A DNA stretch of 64,000 nucleotides from an uncultured Verrucomicrobiae bacterium (GTDB lineage: Bacteria > Verrucomicrobiota > Verrucomicrobiia > Chthoniobacterales > JAFAMB01), in contig CAWEXO010000002.1 in NCBI GenBank assembly GCA_963813025.1, positions 32,001 to 96,000 on the forward strand, given 5' to 3'. The position numbers were made by a program, and so were the translations under genes. The notes below the pieces were generated by a model. It was not told the origin of the DNA. It saw nothing but the letters and a program-made list of their open reading frames with translations, and did no database searches. Below, piece by piece: positions 49,322 to 62,405 of the stretch; within the stretch, counting starts at the first letter, position 1, and each line of letters starts with the position of its first letter.

Positions 49322-50488
49322 ATGATCGCGCGTGCCGCGTCGCTAGTCCTTTCAAACACCTTTTCCGAAGAGGCGGTAATCTCGGCGGCCGCCAGCCTGC
49401 GCGACCGGATCGGCGGCAATGCCGCGCTGGGTTTTCTGTTCGCCACTGAAGAGTGGCTTCCGCAACTCGAAGATACTTTGGAATTGGTTCGCCTCCACGG
49501 GCATGTGCCACAACTGGTCGGCTGCTCTGGCTGGGGTGTCCTCGGCCGCCGAACCGAGCTGGAAAGAGAGCCCGGACTAAGTTTGCTTTTCCTCGCAATC
49601 CCGGAAAACAGCTTCGAGGTTTTCAGCCTCGACGAAGAACAGCTAACCAATTTCGCCGAGTCATTGGCTGGCTCAGCGGCTCGGGAAAAACCCGGTTTCA
49701 CCGGATGGCTCATCCTCGCCAGCCCTGGTTTCGGTGGCTTGGAAAAGTGGCTGAGAGAGTTCGACAAGGCTTGCCCCGACGTTCCTATTTTGGGTGGCCT
49801 GGCAAGCGCAACCGGCGGTGAAGCCGTGCTCTTTCGAGATGGCCATCCGATGTCCGGCCCGGTTCTGGCGATCGGTTGCAAGCGTCCCCTGCAACTCCAA
49901 TGGCTGATCAGCCAAGGTTGTCGCCCGATCGGCGATCCGCTCCCGATCACAAAGGCCGAAGGCAACCTGATCCTGGAGATCGGCAACATTCCAGCTTACC
50001 AGACGCTGGAATCGGCCTTTCTGAGCATACCAGCCGAGGAACGCGTCTCGGTGAAAAATAATCTCTTTGTCGGCTTGGCGGTGTCCGAATACATCGAGGA
50101 ATATCGGCGGGGGGATTTCCTCATTCGCAATATTCTCGGCGCGGATCCGCAAACGGGCGCCTTGGCCATCGGAGCATACCCGCGAGTCGGTCAGACTATC
50201 CAATTCCAGCTGCGCGACGCGCGGTCCGCTCATGAAGATCTAGTCGAAAACGCCTCCGATCTAGCCCAGCGCGCCTCGCATGTTCTCGGAGCCGTGCTGT
50301 TCTCATGTGCCGGACGCGGCCGCAATCTTTTTGGGACACCGAATCACGACGCCACCGTACTGGCCGAACGGCTTGGCGAGGTGCCTCTCGCCGGCTTCTT
50401 TTGTAACGGAGAAATCGGTCCGGTCGGCGGACGCACCTTCGTGCATGGTTACACCGCTTCCGCCGCGGTTCTCACGTTTCGAGAATAG
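49322..50488 (+). CDS. FIST-domain signal transduction protein
   Basis: LVGCSG, LGGLAS, SQGCRPIG, FSCAGRG, GFFCNGEIGP, HGYTA. Confidence 0.92.
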   Translation: MIARAASLVLSNTFSEEAVISAAASLRDRIGGNAALGFLFATEEWLPQLEDTLELVRLHGHVPQLVGCSGWGVLGRRTELEREPGLSLLFLAIPENSFEVFSLDEEQLTNFAESLAGSAAREKPGFTGWLILASPGFGGLEKWLREFDKACPDVPILGGLASATGGEAVLFRDGHPMSGPVLAIGCKRPLQLQWLISQGCRPIGDPLPITKAEGNLILEIGNIPAYQTLESAFLSIPAEERVSVKNNLFVGLAVSEYIEEYRRGDFLIRNILGADPQTGALAIGAYPRVGQTIQFQLRDARSAHEDLVENASDLAQRASHVLGAVLFSCAGRGRNLFGTPNHDATVLAERLGEVPLAGFFCNGEIGPVGGRTFVHGYTASAAVLTFRE

Positions 50489-50520
50489 TCGCGCACTGCA
50501 ACGTCTCCCCCGTTTACATC

Positions 50521-51078
50521 ATGGAAACACAGCTTGACGCACCGATTCAGACGATCCTTCGGGCATTCCGGTTTGCCGCTTTTAAACATCGGAACCAGAC
50601 TCTCGGAGACGGAGTCACGCCCTATTTTTCGCACGTCGTACGAGTCACCTGGATCCTCCGTGACCTCTTTGCGATCGACGATCAGGACATTATTGTAGCG
50701 ACTATTCTCCACGATTTAATCGAAGACACGGCAACCACGAACGAGGAGATCGCCACTCGTTTCGGACCAACAATCGCCGGATATGTGGACGCGCTCTCCA
50801 AACGCGAAGACCTGCCACGAAAGCCGCGGGATGAAGACTACGAAAACAAACTGCTGGCCGCGCCCGAAATTGTCCGCATCGCAAAGCTCGCGGATATGTT
50901 TGACAATCTTTCCGGACGAGTCGGAACGCCGAAGCAGGCCAGAACAGTGACGAACGCCAAGCGGCTGATGGCGATTTTTCGGGACGCAATCAAAACGTCA
51001 AAGGGGCGCAAGGCATTGGAGCACGTCGAGCAGCTTATACAAGAAATCGAAAATTTGCCGGCGCCAGCGGCATCCTGA
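50521..51078 (+). CDS. HD-domain protein, small alarmone hydrolase (RelA/SpoT hydrolase-like)
   Basis: FAAFKH.NQ...PYFSH, LHDLIEDT, KLADMFDN. Confidence 0.82.
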   Translation: METQLDAPIQTILRAFRFAAFKHRNQTLGDGVTPYFSHVVRVTWILRDLFAIDDQDIIVATILHDLIEDTATTNEEIATRFGPTIAGYVDALSKREDLPRKPRDEDYENKLLAAPEIVRIAKLADMFDNLSGRVGTPKQARTVTNAKRLMAIFRDAIKTSKGRKALEHVEQLIQEIENLPAPAAS

Positions 51079-51296
51079 ATACATCGCACTTCGCTCCCCT
51101 GCATTTTCAGCAGATTCCGGGTGTTCTGGCGGGGGACCGTATTGTCTGAACTTCGAGCCGTTCCTGAAAGCTGACAAAGACCGAAACGTCTTGACCTACT
51201 GGTCAACTCGCGGTATCGCTCAATATTTTCTTTGCTGTGATCTACTCTACTCTCCAGTTGTGAGCACCCATCGCCCGAGTCTCCTAACCGCACCTT

Positions 51297-54200
51297 ATGT
51301 GGATCGTTAATCTCGCCCTCAGGCGCCCTTACACTTTTATCGTGCTGGCCATCTTCATCGCCATCGCCGGCATTCTGTCCATCATTCGCACCCCGAAGGA
51401 CATCTTTCCATCGATCAACATCCCGGTCATCTCGGTGATTTTTAATTACGCCGGGCTTTCCCCCGAAGACCTGGAGCAACATCTCACCTCGGGCTACGAA
51501 CGGGTGCTGACCACCACGGTCGATAACATCGAGCATATCGAGTCTCAATCCTTGTACGGCATCGCCGTGGTCAAAATCTTTCTGCAACCCAATGCGAGCG
51601 TTCCCACCGGAATTGCCCAGGTAACGTCGGTCTCCCAAGCGGTTCTCCGGCAGCTCCCGACCGGGACCACGCCGCCGCTGGTCTTGAGTTACAGCGCGTC
51701 GAACGTGCCCGTCGTGCGTGTTGGCTTAAGCGGCCAGAATATTTCGGAGCAGCAGCTCAACGATTTGGCACTCAATTTTGTGCGGACTCAATTGATCACT
51801 GTGCCCGGGGCGGCAATTCCGTATCCCTATGGAGGCAAACAGCGTTACGTCTCGGTCGATCTGAATTATCAGGCGTTGCAAGCTCGCGGCCTGACTCCTT
51901 TCGATGTGGTCAATGCGATCAATGCCCAGAATCTTACCTTACCGTCCGGTACGGCCAAAATCGGGCAATTTGAATACCAGGTCGGACTCAACTCCAGTCC
52001 TAAAACGATTGAAGCACTTAATAGCATTCCTGTTCGTTCGTTGCCCAACGGGACCACCATCTATGTCCGGGATGTTGCCAATATCCGGAACGGGAATATA
52101 CCGCAGACCAATATTGTTCGGTTCAATGGGACTCGCGCCGCCATGCTTGACGTGCAGAAAACGGGGAGCGCTTCCACCCTCGACATCGTCAACGGAATCA
52201 AGGCCAAGCTTCCCCAGCTCAAAGATACGCTTCCGGAAGGCTTGAATCTGCCATTGTTAACCGATCAATCCATCTTCGTGACCGGAGCGATCGAAGGAGT
52301 CGTGCGGGAAGCCATTATTGCCGGCTGCCTGACTGCCATCATGATTTTGCTGTTTCTGGGTGATTGGAAAAGCACGCTGATTATTGCCATCTCTATTCCC
52401 CTCTCCATCCTGGCTTCGCTCACCGCGTTGGCCGCGCTGGGGGAGACGATTAACATCATGACCCTGGGCGGCTTGGCCCTCGCCGTCGGTATTCTCGTCG
52501 ACGACGCGACGGTGACGATTGAGAATATCGATCGGCACTTGGCCGAAGGTCAGCCTGTTTTGGAAGCGATAAGAGACGGCGCGGCGCAGATCGCCGTTCC
52601 CGCCTTTGTCTCAACGCTTTGCATCTGCATCGTGTTCGTCCCGATTTTCTTTCTTTCCGGAGTTGCTAAATACCTTTTTGCCCCGCTCGCCCTGGCGGTG
52701 ATTTTCGCGATGATGGCCTCTTATATTCTCTCGCGCACCCTGGTTCCTACGCTCGCGATGTACTGGCTGAAGGAACATGCCGACAAGCATGAAGCGCGGA
52801 GGAACAAACGATTTTTTCTGGTTTCCTGGTTCTCAAATTTTCACCAAGGCTTTGAACGCGCGTTTGAACGATTCCGGGAAAGCTATCGTGATTTCTTGAG
52901 TCTGTGTTTGCGACATACCGTGATTCTTTTGGTCCTGGTCCTGGGCTTCACGCTTTTGTCATTCGGATTGTTCCCATTTCTCGGCCAGGATTTCTTCCCG
53001 ACGGTGGACGCTGGCCGGTTTGATATGCACGTCCGGATGAAAGTCGGGCACGCGAATCGAAGAGACTGCTCGCACCGTGGACCAGATCGAGCACTTGATC
53101 CGCCAGATCATTCCAGAGGAACAACTCCAGGGGATCATCGATAACCTGGGAATTCCCTATAGTGGAATTAACCTCACATACAATACCACGGGCACTATGA
53201 GTCCGGCCGACGGTGACATTCTCGTTTCTCTCAAAGCGAAACATGATCCGACCAACAAATTTATCCAAGCGATCCGGATCAGCATGCAACATCGTTTTCC
53301 CGATGTCGCGGTGTGGTACCCACCGGCTAATATCGTCGCGCAGATCCTGAACTTCGGGTTGCCTGCTCCGATCGATGTTCAAATCGTTGGTGCCGACAAA
53401 TCTGGCAACTTCAACTTCGCCAACAACCTGATCGCGCAAATCCGCCGCATTCCGGGCGCGGTTGATTTCCGCATTCAAGAACCTGACGACACGCCTCGGC
53501 TGGACATCGCCGTGGACCGGACCAAAGCGTCAATCCTGGGAATTCAGCAGCAAGCCGTGGCAAACAGTGTTCTCGGCGCACTGGCCGGTTCTCAACAAAC
53601 CGCGCCAAACTTCTGGGTCGATCCAAAAAACGGTGTTAGTTACCAGATCAACGCGCAGGCCCCGCAGTACGACATCAATTCACTCGACGCTCTCCTTAAC
53701 TTGCCAATCCTCGGTGCGTCCAACGGTCAAACGCAGATTTTGGGCAATGTAGCCAACATTTCGCGGAGCCAGACATCGCCGGTGATCGACCATTTCAATA
53801 TCCGTCCGGTCATCAATATCTACGGGAATGTTGACGGCAAGGACTTAGGCTTCGTCGCCGCCCAAACGCAGCATCTGATCGATATTGCGAAAAAGAATTT
53901 ACCAAAGGGCAGCACGATCACGCTCCGGGGTCAGGTGTCGACGATGAATGCGTCCTTTACTGGTCTTTACCTCGGCTTGGCCTTTTCATCGTATTGGTGT
54001 ACCTGCTGATGGTGGTGAATTTCCAATCCTGGACCGAGCCTTTCATTATCATAACCGCCCTGCCTTGCGCTCTGGCCGGGATCATTTGGATGCTGTTCGT
54101 CACCGGCACCACGGAGAGCGTACCCGCACTCATGGGGGCAATCATGTGTATGGGTGTGGCTACTGCCAATAGCGTGCTGGTTGTCACCTTCGCCAACGAA

Positions 54201-54491
54201 AGGCTGGAGGAGTACAAAGACTCCTACCGGGCGGCCCTGGAGGCCGGCTATGTGCGAATCCGTCCCGTCATCATGACCGCTTTGGCCATGATCATCGGTA
54301 TGGTGCCGATGGCGTTGGGTTTCGGCGAGGGTGGCGAACAGAACGCACCTCTTGGTCGCGCCGTCATCGGTGGTCTCCTTTTTGCCACTGGCGCTACCCT
54401 AATATTTGTGCCAGCCGTCTTTATGCTCGTGCGGCGCCGGACAGCTTTGAAACTGCGAGAGAAATCCTCATCAGAACCGGTGCAACTATGA
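51297..54491 (+). CDS. RND efflux permease (frameshifts near 53040 and 53985)
   Basis: DIFPSINIPVI, GILVDDATVTIEN, RIRPVIMTALA across three ORFs. Confidence 0.92.
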
Positions 54492-55711
54492 CATCCGATT
54501 CGACAGAAAAAAGAACGAGCGCTGAAGGAGCAACGGAAGAACCAGAGATGGCCAGCCCGCCGCGAGCCAAGCAACCGCGCCGTCTGCTGCTTCTCTTGAT
54601 TGTGGCCGCCGTCGTGTTTGGGATTCTCGCCTTTTCCGGGATTATGTCCCGGTTAGCGGCGACGAAAGAACTTCAGAAAACGGCCGATGATGCTGCCCAA
54701 GCCACCGTAAACGTCACTCGGCCGGAACGCGCGCCCTCTTCCGTGACCCTTGCTTTACCAGGCCAGACCCAAGCCTATATCCAGGCGCCCATCTTCGCGC
54801 AAACGAACGGCTATTTAAAAACGTGGGAGACCGATATCGGCTCCAAGGTGAAAGCGGGCGATGTCCTTGGGGAAATTGATACGCCCGAGATCGATCAGCA
54901 ATTCGCGCAGGCCCGAGCGACGTTACAGCAAGCGCAAGCCGCTCTTTGGCTGTCCCAACAAACCTACTCGCGCGACGAAAACCTTCTGAAATCGAGGGTC
55001 ATTGCGCAGCAGGACTTTGACAATCAAGCAGGTGACCTCCGGGTCAAACAAGCCACCGCGAATGCTGATGAAGCGGACGTGCACCGCCTCGAAGCCTTGG
55101 AGGCGTTTAAGAAGTTACGCGCGCCTTTCGACGGGATTGTGACAATGCGAAATACGGATATCGGGGCACTGATCAACGCCGGTTCCGGCAACGCTCTTTT
55201 TACCGTGGCAAAAATTTCACCATTACGCGTTTACGTCAGCGTACCCGAGTCGATGGCGAGCTACGTCAAGGAGGGAACGAAGGCCGACCTCACTTTCGAC
55301 CCGTTTCCCGGAAAAAAATTTCCTGCTCAGGTCGTGCGCACGGCCGGCGCGATCGATCCGAGTCAGCATACCATGTTGACCGAGCTGCAGCTGCCGAATG
55401 AGACCGGCGAGCTTCTCCCCGGAGCCTACGCTCAAGTGCACCTGCGCACCGACGGCAATACGCAAGCTCTGCTCCTACCCTCGAACACGCTGCTTTTTCG
55501 CAGCGAAGGCACGGCAGTCGGTGTCGTGAATCCTGAGGGCAAAGTCCAAATCAGAAAGGTCAGGATTGGACGAGATTTAGGGACAAAACTGGAAGTTGTG
55601 GAGGGAGTTACACTGGCCGACCGGGTGATTCTCAATCCTTCGGACGGCTTGGCCGACGGTCAGGAAGTGCACGTGGTTGGGCCGGCTGGCAAGCCCATGG
55701 CGCGGAACTGA
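54488..55711 (+). CDS. RND membrane fusion (periplasmic adaptor) protein
   Basis: N-terminal TM, DIGSKVKAGD, LRAPFDGIVT, LLPGAYA. Confidence 0.92.
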   Translation: MTSDSTEKRTSAEGATEEPEMASPPRAKQPRRLLLLLIVAAVVFGILAFSGIMSRLAATKELQKTADDAAQATVNVTRPERAPSSVTLALPGQTQAYIQAPIFAQTNGYLKTWETDIGSKVKAGDVLGEIDTPEIDQQFAQARATLQQAQAALWLSQQTYSRDENLLKSRVIAQQDFDNQAGDLRVKQATANADEADVHRLEALEAFKKLRAPFDGIVTMRNTDIGALINAGSGNALFTVAKISPLRVYVSVPESMASYVKEGTKADLTFDPFPGKKFPAQVVRTAGAIDPSQHTMLTELQLPNETGELLPGAYAQVHLRTDGNTQALLLPSNTLLFRSEGTAVGVVNPEGKVQIRKVRIGRDLGTKLEVVEGVTLADRVILNPSDGLADGQEVHVVGPAGKPMARN

Positions 55712-55763
55712 AAGGGAGTCTCGGAGGGTCAGATCCTAAGATCTGATCCTCCGACCCACCTTT

Positions 55764-56534
55764 TCACACCAGACTCGCTTCGGCCGAGCGCACGATCTGC
55801 GCGAAACCACGGGGATCAAGGCTGGCCGTGCCGACCAAGGCGCCGTCAATATCCTTTTGCCGCATGAGGATCTCGGCGTTGTCTGATTTGACACTGCCGC
55901 CGTACTGAATGCGAATCCGTTCGGCGACGTGATCGTCCGAGAGTTGGGCGAGCGTGGCCCGAATAAAGGCATGCGCCTCCTGAGCCTGGTCCGGTGTTGC
56001 CGTGATTCCGGTCCCAATCGCCCAAACCGGTTCATAGGCAACAACCGTCTCATGAAAATCTTTGGTCGAAATGTTCCCCAGCGCCTTGACGACCTGACGC
56101 CGCAAAACATCCTCCACGTGCCCGCTCTCTCGCTCGGACAGCGTCTCACCGACGCACAAGATCGGCCGCAGCCCCGTATCCAGAGCGGCTCGCATCTTGC
56201 GGTTGATTAAATCATCGTCCTCATTGAACTGCACCCGTCGCTCGCTGTGCCCGATGATCACATATTTGACATACAAAGCTCGCAGCATTTGCGCGCTGAT
56301 CTCGCCGGTGTAGGCACCGCTCTTCGCCCAATGCACATTCTGCGCGCCCAAGCGCAGGAACTGCATTCGCTCCAGCACTATGGCCAAAGCGGGAATCGCG
56401 GTGAATGGCGGTATGATGACGACTTCAACGTCATTGACCTCCCCGAGCTCGGAAAGAAAGGCTGCCAGAAAGGATTCGGCCTCCACGTGGGTGAAGTTCA
56501 TTTTCCAGTTGGCGGCCAGTATCTTCTTACGCAT
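55764..56534 (-). CDS. tpiA: triosephosphate isomerase
   Basis: AANWKMN, GHSERR, AYEPVWAIGTG, YGGSV. Confidence 0.97.
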   Translation of the reverse strand: MRKKILAANWKMNFTHVEAESFLAAFLSELGEVNDVEVVIIPPFTAIPALAIVLERMQFLRLGAQNVHWAKSGAYTGEISAQMLRALYVKYVIIGHSERRVQFNEDDDLINRKMRAALDTGLRPILCVGETLSERESGHVEDVLRRQVVKALGNISTKDFHETVVAYEPVWAIGTGITATPDQAQEAHAFIRATLAQLSDDHVAERIRIQYGGSVKSDNAEILMRQKDIDGALVGTASLDPRGFAQIVRSAEASLV

Positions 56535-56542
56535 GCGTCAAC

Positions 56543-57751
56543 TTATTGATCGGTGAGCGCAGCCACTCCGGGAAGCTCCTTCCCTTCCAGTAACTCCAGC
56601 GAAGCTCCGCCTCCGGTTGAGAGAAAAGTCATCTTATCAGCCAGACCAAACTGTTTGACTGCCGTCACCGAGTCGCCCCCCCCGATGATCGTTTTTGCCC
56701 CGCTCGAAGCTAATGCCTGGGAGATCGCTCGAGTGCCCGTCGCGAATTCCGGGATTTCAAAGACTCCCATCGGTCCGTTCCATAAGACGGTCTTGGCCTG
56801 CGCGATCTCCCGCGCATAAAGCGCATTTGTCTCAGGGCCGGTATCAAGACCTTCCCAACCATCGGTGATGCCGCGCTCCTCCGATAAGCGACCAGTCGCG
56901 CGATGTCGCGCGCCGGCTTTCATCTCATCGGCTTCGATGTTATCCACCGGCAACAGAAACTTAATCTTTCTCTGTTGCGCGAGCTGGAGCAGCTCCTGGG
57001 CAAGATGAACCTTGTCTTCCTCCACTCGGCTCTTCCCGGTGGGAATTCCGCGGGCCCGATAAAAGGTGTACGCCATTGCTCCGCCGATAAGGAAAGCATC
57101 GGCCTTCTCCATGAGCGCCTTAATCACGCCAATCTTATCCGAGACCTTGGCTCCTCCGAGAATGACCAGAAAAGGTCTTGCCGGGTCGGCGAGTTCGTCC
57201 CGCAAAAACTTCAACTCACGCTCCATCAGCAGGCCCATTGCCGCTTGCGCAACGTGCTTGGCGATACCGGCCGTGCTGGCGTGCGCACGATGCGCCGCCC
57301 CGAAGGCGTCGTTTACATATAAATCGCCCAAGCGCGCGAGCGCCTGGGCAAACTTGTCATCGTTTGCTTCTTCCTCCTTGTGGAACCGAACGTTTTCCAT
57401 GAGCACAACACCGCCGTCCGGAAGTGCCCTCGTCATGGTCTCCGCCGACGGACCGATCAATTCCGGGGAAAATTCTACCGGTGGATCGATTAACCCGGCC
57501 AAATATTCAGCCACCGGCCGGAGGGTGTACTTCGGATTGGGCTGACCCTTCGGTCTCCCGAAATGGGCCAGCAAGATCACCTTCGCCCCTTCACTGCGCA
57601 AAAGATCTATGGTGGGCAGGCTTTCCCGGATACGAGTGTCGTCTGTAATCCGAACCTTGCCGTCCGATTCTTCCGTCGGAACATTAAAGTCCACGCGAAC
57701 GATGACCCGGCGCCCTTGTACCCGCAGATCGCGGACAGACAGCTTGGCCAT
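56543..57751 (-). CDS. pgk: phosphoglycerate kinase
   Basis: [36 protein letters not shown]. Confidence 0.97.
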   Translation of the reverse strand: MAKLSVRDLRVQGRRVIVRVDFNVPTEESDGKVRITDDTRIRESLPTIDLLRSEGAKVILLAHFGRPKGQPNPKYTLRPVAEYLAGLIDPPVEFSPELIGPSAETMTRALPDGGVVLMENVRFHKEEEANDDKFAQALARLGDLYVNDAFGAAHRAHASTAGIAKHVAQAAMGLLMERELKFLRDELADPARPFLVILGGAKVSDKIGVIKALMEKADAFLIGGAMAYTFYRARGIPTGKSRVEEDKVHLAQELLQLAQQRKIKFLLPVDNIEADEMKAGARHRATGRLSEERGITDGWEGLDTGPETNALYAREIAQAKTVLWNGPMGVFEIPEFATGTRAISQALASSGAKTIIGGGDSVTAVKQFGLADKMTFLSTGGGASLELLEGKELPGVAALTDQ

Positions 57752-57759
57752 TGCTTGCC

Positions 57760-58830
<1,071 letters not shown>

Positions 58831-58957
58831 TCAGGGCAATAAAGGCGAAGACCCACGAAGGTCAATCCGACAAATTTTGTCCGGCTTGCATCCATGGGAC
58901 ACATCGCACGGTAGGACCGATGGAAGTTGTAGGGGCGCAGCAGATCCGCTGCGCGAG

Positions 58958-60973
58958 CTAGGCCGGCGCTTCGGTTAGTCCGCCAAGACTCTCCTGCGGC
59001 CGCGCCTCTTCCGTGCGTTCTTCACTGGGAGATTGCGGCACGATCGGAGGAGGCGGATTGATCAACTGACCATAGTTGATAAGCTCACGGATCTGGCTGC
59101 CATCGAGCGTTTCGTACTCCAGCAACGCTTTGGCAATTGCGACCAAGGTTTCCTTGCGCTGAGTCAGCACCCGCAGCGCCTTCTGGTACGCATCATCGCA
59201 AAGCCGCTTGACCTCACGATCGATCTCCTGCGCAGTCGCCTCGCTGTAAGCCCGCGATCGAGCGATGTCGCGCCCAAGAAAAACATAGTCCTCGTGCTCC
59301 CCGTACTCGACCATCCCGAGGCGTTCGCTCATGCCCCACTCACAAACCATTTTTCGCGCCGTCCCGGTGGCCATACGGATATCGCCCGAAGCCCCACTGG
59401 TCACATCGCCAAAAGATCAGCTCCTCAGCCACTCGGCCACCCATGATGACGACCAAACGATCAAGCAACTCATTTTTCCGGCTGTTGTACTTATCTTCGG
59501 TGGGAAATACATCGTCGAGCCCAGCGAAGGTCCCCGCGGAATGATCGTCACTTTATGCAGGGGATCGGTATGCTCCAGCACTTCGCAAAGAAGAGCGTGT
59601 CCTGCTTCATGATACGCGGTATTCTCTTTCTCTTTCTCGCTGATAGCCAAGCTGCGGCGTTCCTTGCCCCACCGCACTTTGTCGCGAGCCTCTTCGAGTT
59701 CGGCCTGGGTGATCGCCTTGAGACCACGGCGGGCGGCGAGCAAAGCCGCTTCGTTAATCACGTTCGCCAGTTCAGCTCCAGAATAACCGGGTGTGCCGCG
59801 AGCCGCCACTGCCAAATCGACCCCTTCGGCCAGCTTTACCCGCTTGGCATGCACCCGCAGAATCTCTTCCCGACCTTTGACATCGGGGAGGTTAACAGTG
59901 ATCTGGCGGTCAAATCGTCCCGGACGCAGCAGCGCGGGATCGAGAACATCGGGGCGATTGGTCGCGGCGATGATAATGACGCCCTCCTGGGTATCAAATC
60001 CGTCCATTTCGACGAGCAGCGCGTTTAAGGTCTGCTCCCGCTCGTCATGGCCGCCGCCAAGTCCATGTCCGCGGTGCCGGCCGACCGCGTCGATCTCATC
60101 GATGAAAATAATGCAAGGCGCTGATTTCTTTCCCTGCTCAAACATATCGCGCACCCGGGACGCTCCGACGCCGACAAACATCTCAACAAAGTCCGAGCCG
60201 CTGATGCTAAAGAAAGGCACATCCGCCTCCCCAGCGATCGCTCGAGCCAGCAAGGTCTTGCCGGTTCCAGGAGGCCCAACCATCAGTACTCCCTTCGGAA
60301 TGCGTCCACCGAGTTTCTGAAACTTCTTGGGGTCTTTCAGGAAATCGACGATCTCCTGGACCTCTTCTTTGGCCTCTTCGATTCCGGCCACATCCTTAAA
60401 GGTGACCCGATTGCGATCGCGAGCCAGCATCCGCGCTTTACTCTTGCCAAAGCTCAACGCGCCTTTGCCGGCGTTTCGGATCTGCTGACGAAAGATGAAG
60501 TAAAGAACAATGAAGAAGATCGCGATCGGTGCGAACTGCACAAGAGCTGACGCCATGACGTCGGAGTCTGCCTTGATGTCAACCTGATAACCTTTGCTCT
60601 CCAGAAGGGACTCAAGGTTCTTGTTATAATCGATGAAAACCGTCGTTTTGAAATGATCGGGGGCGCCCGGAGCGGTTGATGGCCGCCGGGTTTTATCGAA
60701 GGCGCCACGCAGGATCTGCGTCGAACGCCCTTCAGTCACAATGAGCTGAAGCGGTTCCTCGCGACTAATTCGGCCCTCATCCAAATACTTCTGGAACTCG
60801 GTAAAGGAGATTTCCTCGACATTGCCGTAGTTGCTACTGCGCGAAAATAGAAAGCCCCCCAACAGAGCGATGGCGCAAACAAACAAGATAATGCCCCGCC
60901 AATTGAAGTTGTTGTCGTTGCCAAAATTCCGAGGATTTTTGTCCTTTGGAGACCTGGGATCTAATTGTGCCAT
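58958..60973 (-). CDS. ftsH: ATP-dependent zinc metalloprotease FtsH (two compensating indels near 59503 and 59412)
   Basis: Two [36 protein letters not shown]. Confidence 0.95.
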
Positions 60974-61066
60974 AGGGTGCTAACAATCCAACGGTAGCAC
61001 AACGCTACCGCAGCGCCAAACGAGCCGCCTTTCCGAAGTCCGCCTAGACTCCTTGAATCCGCGTCG

Positions 61067-61678
61067 CTAGGGAATGCATTTCTCCTGATTTGTCAATAGG
61101 GTCGATAAAATACATTGAGCGGCTTTTCCCACAAGTGGAGATCCATGCGCAAAAGTGACAATCTGGAAGTTCAGACCGTCCAATTGGACGAGCGACTTCC
61201 TTATAGTCTTCGGTTCCCGGCAATATTTTGGAGGTAAGAGCGCCAAACCAGTTTCCGGCAGATTGATCAGGATGTCACCCAACGAGAGAGCAGCCACGTC
61301 GGGACGGTAGACCGCGATCTCTCCTGGACCGGCGCCAGGAAGAGAGAAAGTTCGTACCCCGGGAAAGAGTCTCCTCAGTTCTTCGAGTCCACCATCCGGA
61401 GAGAGCCCGGTCTGCGAGTCTGCGAGTAACGGAATCCGGCACTCGACGCAAAACGATCGGCTGGCGCGTTCATGATTGCCATTGGTGAGCAGAACCGCCG
61501 CCGGCCTACCCTTCCCCAGCAAAAAGTCCCACTGTTCTGGTACCAACCTGATCGGGTCAATCAAGAGAATCTCGGATCCGAAAACGTGGCCACAAGAACA
61601 CACCTGCGTCCGGCATCCGGAATCATATGTCTCCCAAAAGGCGACTTCGGGGGTCAACCAATGGACGTAATCAGCCAT
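61067..61678 (-). CDS. metallo-beta-lactamase-fold protein, degenerate
   Basis: LLIDP, LLTNGNHER, LGDILINL, FAHG. Confidence 0.6.
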   Translation of the reverse strand: MADYVHWLTPEVAFWETYDSGCRTQVCSCGHVFGSEILLIDPIRLVPEQWDFLLGKGRPAAVLLTNGNHERASRSFCVECRIPLLADSQTGLSPDGGLEELRRLFPGVRTFSLPGAGPGEIAVYRPDVAALSLGDILINLPETGLALLPPKYCREPKTIRKSLVQLDGLNFQIVTFAHGSPLVGKAAQCILSTLLTNQEKCIP

Positions 61679-61767
61679 TGGTCGTCGGGATGAACAGGCA
61701 CCTCGCACGATTGATCAGTCCCTGAGTCGGAGACGCGCGATGCGATCTTTGGCTTTTCCTCGCCCCG

Positions 61768-62382
61768 CTAGCGGCCTGCGTATTTTACACTGCAACCATA
61801 CGGCTGCGTAGTAGTGGTCTTCACTGGCTTTCCCGCCATAGCGCTTTCCAATGCCACGCGAACATAATTGGTGGCGGTTTTTACGTCCTCGATATCGGTG
61901 CTCCTTTTGTTGTCGATTGCCCCTTCGTACACGAGAACGCCTTTCGGATCGATAATGTACATGTCGGGAGTCGTCTTCGCGCCAAATTCGCGTCCGACCT
62001 TACCATCAGAATCAAGCAATAAAGCCGTTCGGGCGGCGCCAACCTTCTTAGAAATCTGGTTGAGCTGGTCCGCCTGATAGTTGCCTTGCATTCCGGGTGC
62101 CGACGAGTCGATCGTGAGCCACACAACCCCCTTGGAGGTAAACTCCTTCTGCAAGTTTTGCATATTCCCCGATCCATAATGCTTGCCGACGAACGGACAG
62201 TCCGGATTGTACCATTCCAGAACCACATATTTGCCTTTGAAGTCGGAAAGACGAACAGTCTTGCGGTAGGTGTCGGGCAGAGAGAAATCTGGCGCCTGAT
62301 TTCCGACCGGAACCGCGCAGAAGCCGCTACCAACAAGGGATACCAGCAGGCTAGCACAAAGGAACACGAGTTTAGGTTTCAT
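61768..62382 (-). CDS. exported thioredoxin-like redoxin (AhpC/TSA family)
   Basis: APDFSL, LEWYNPDCPFV, GAKTTP, YGCSVKY. Confidence 0.88.
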   Translation of the reverse strand: MKPKLVFLCASLLVSLVGSGFCAVPVGNQAPDFSLPDTYRKTVRLSDFKGKYVVLEWYNPDCPFVGKHYGSGNMQNLQKEFTSKGVVWLTIDSSAPGMQGNYQADQLNQISKKVGAARTALLLDSDGKVGREFGAKTTPDMYIIDPKGVLVYEGAIDNKRSTDIEDVKTATNYVRVALESAMAGKPVKTTTTQPYGCSVKYAGR

Positions 62383-62405
62383 ATTTATTTCGGGTTCGTT
62401 CCAAT

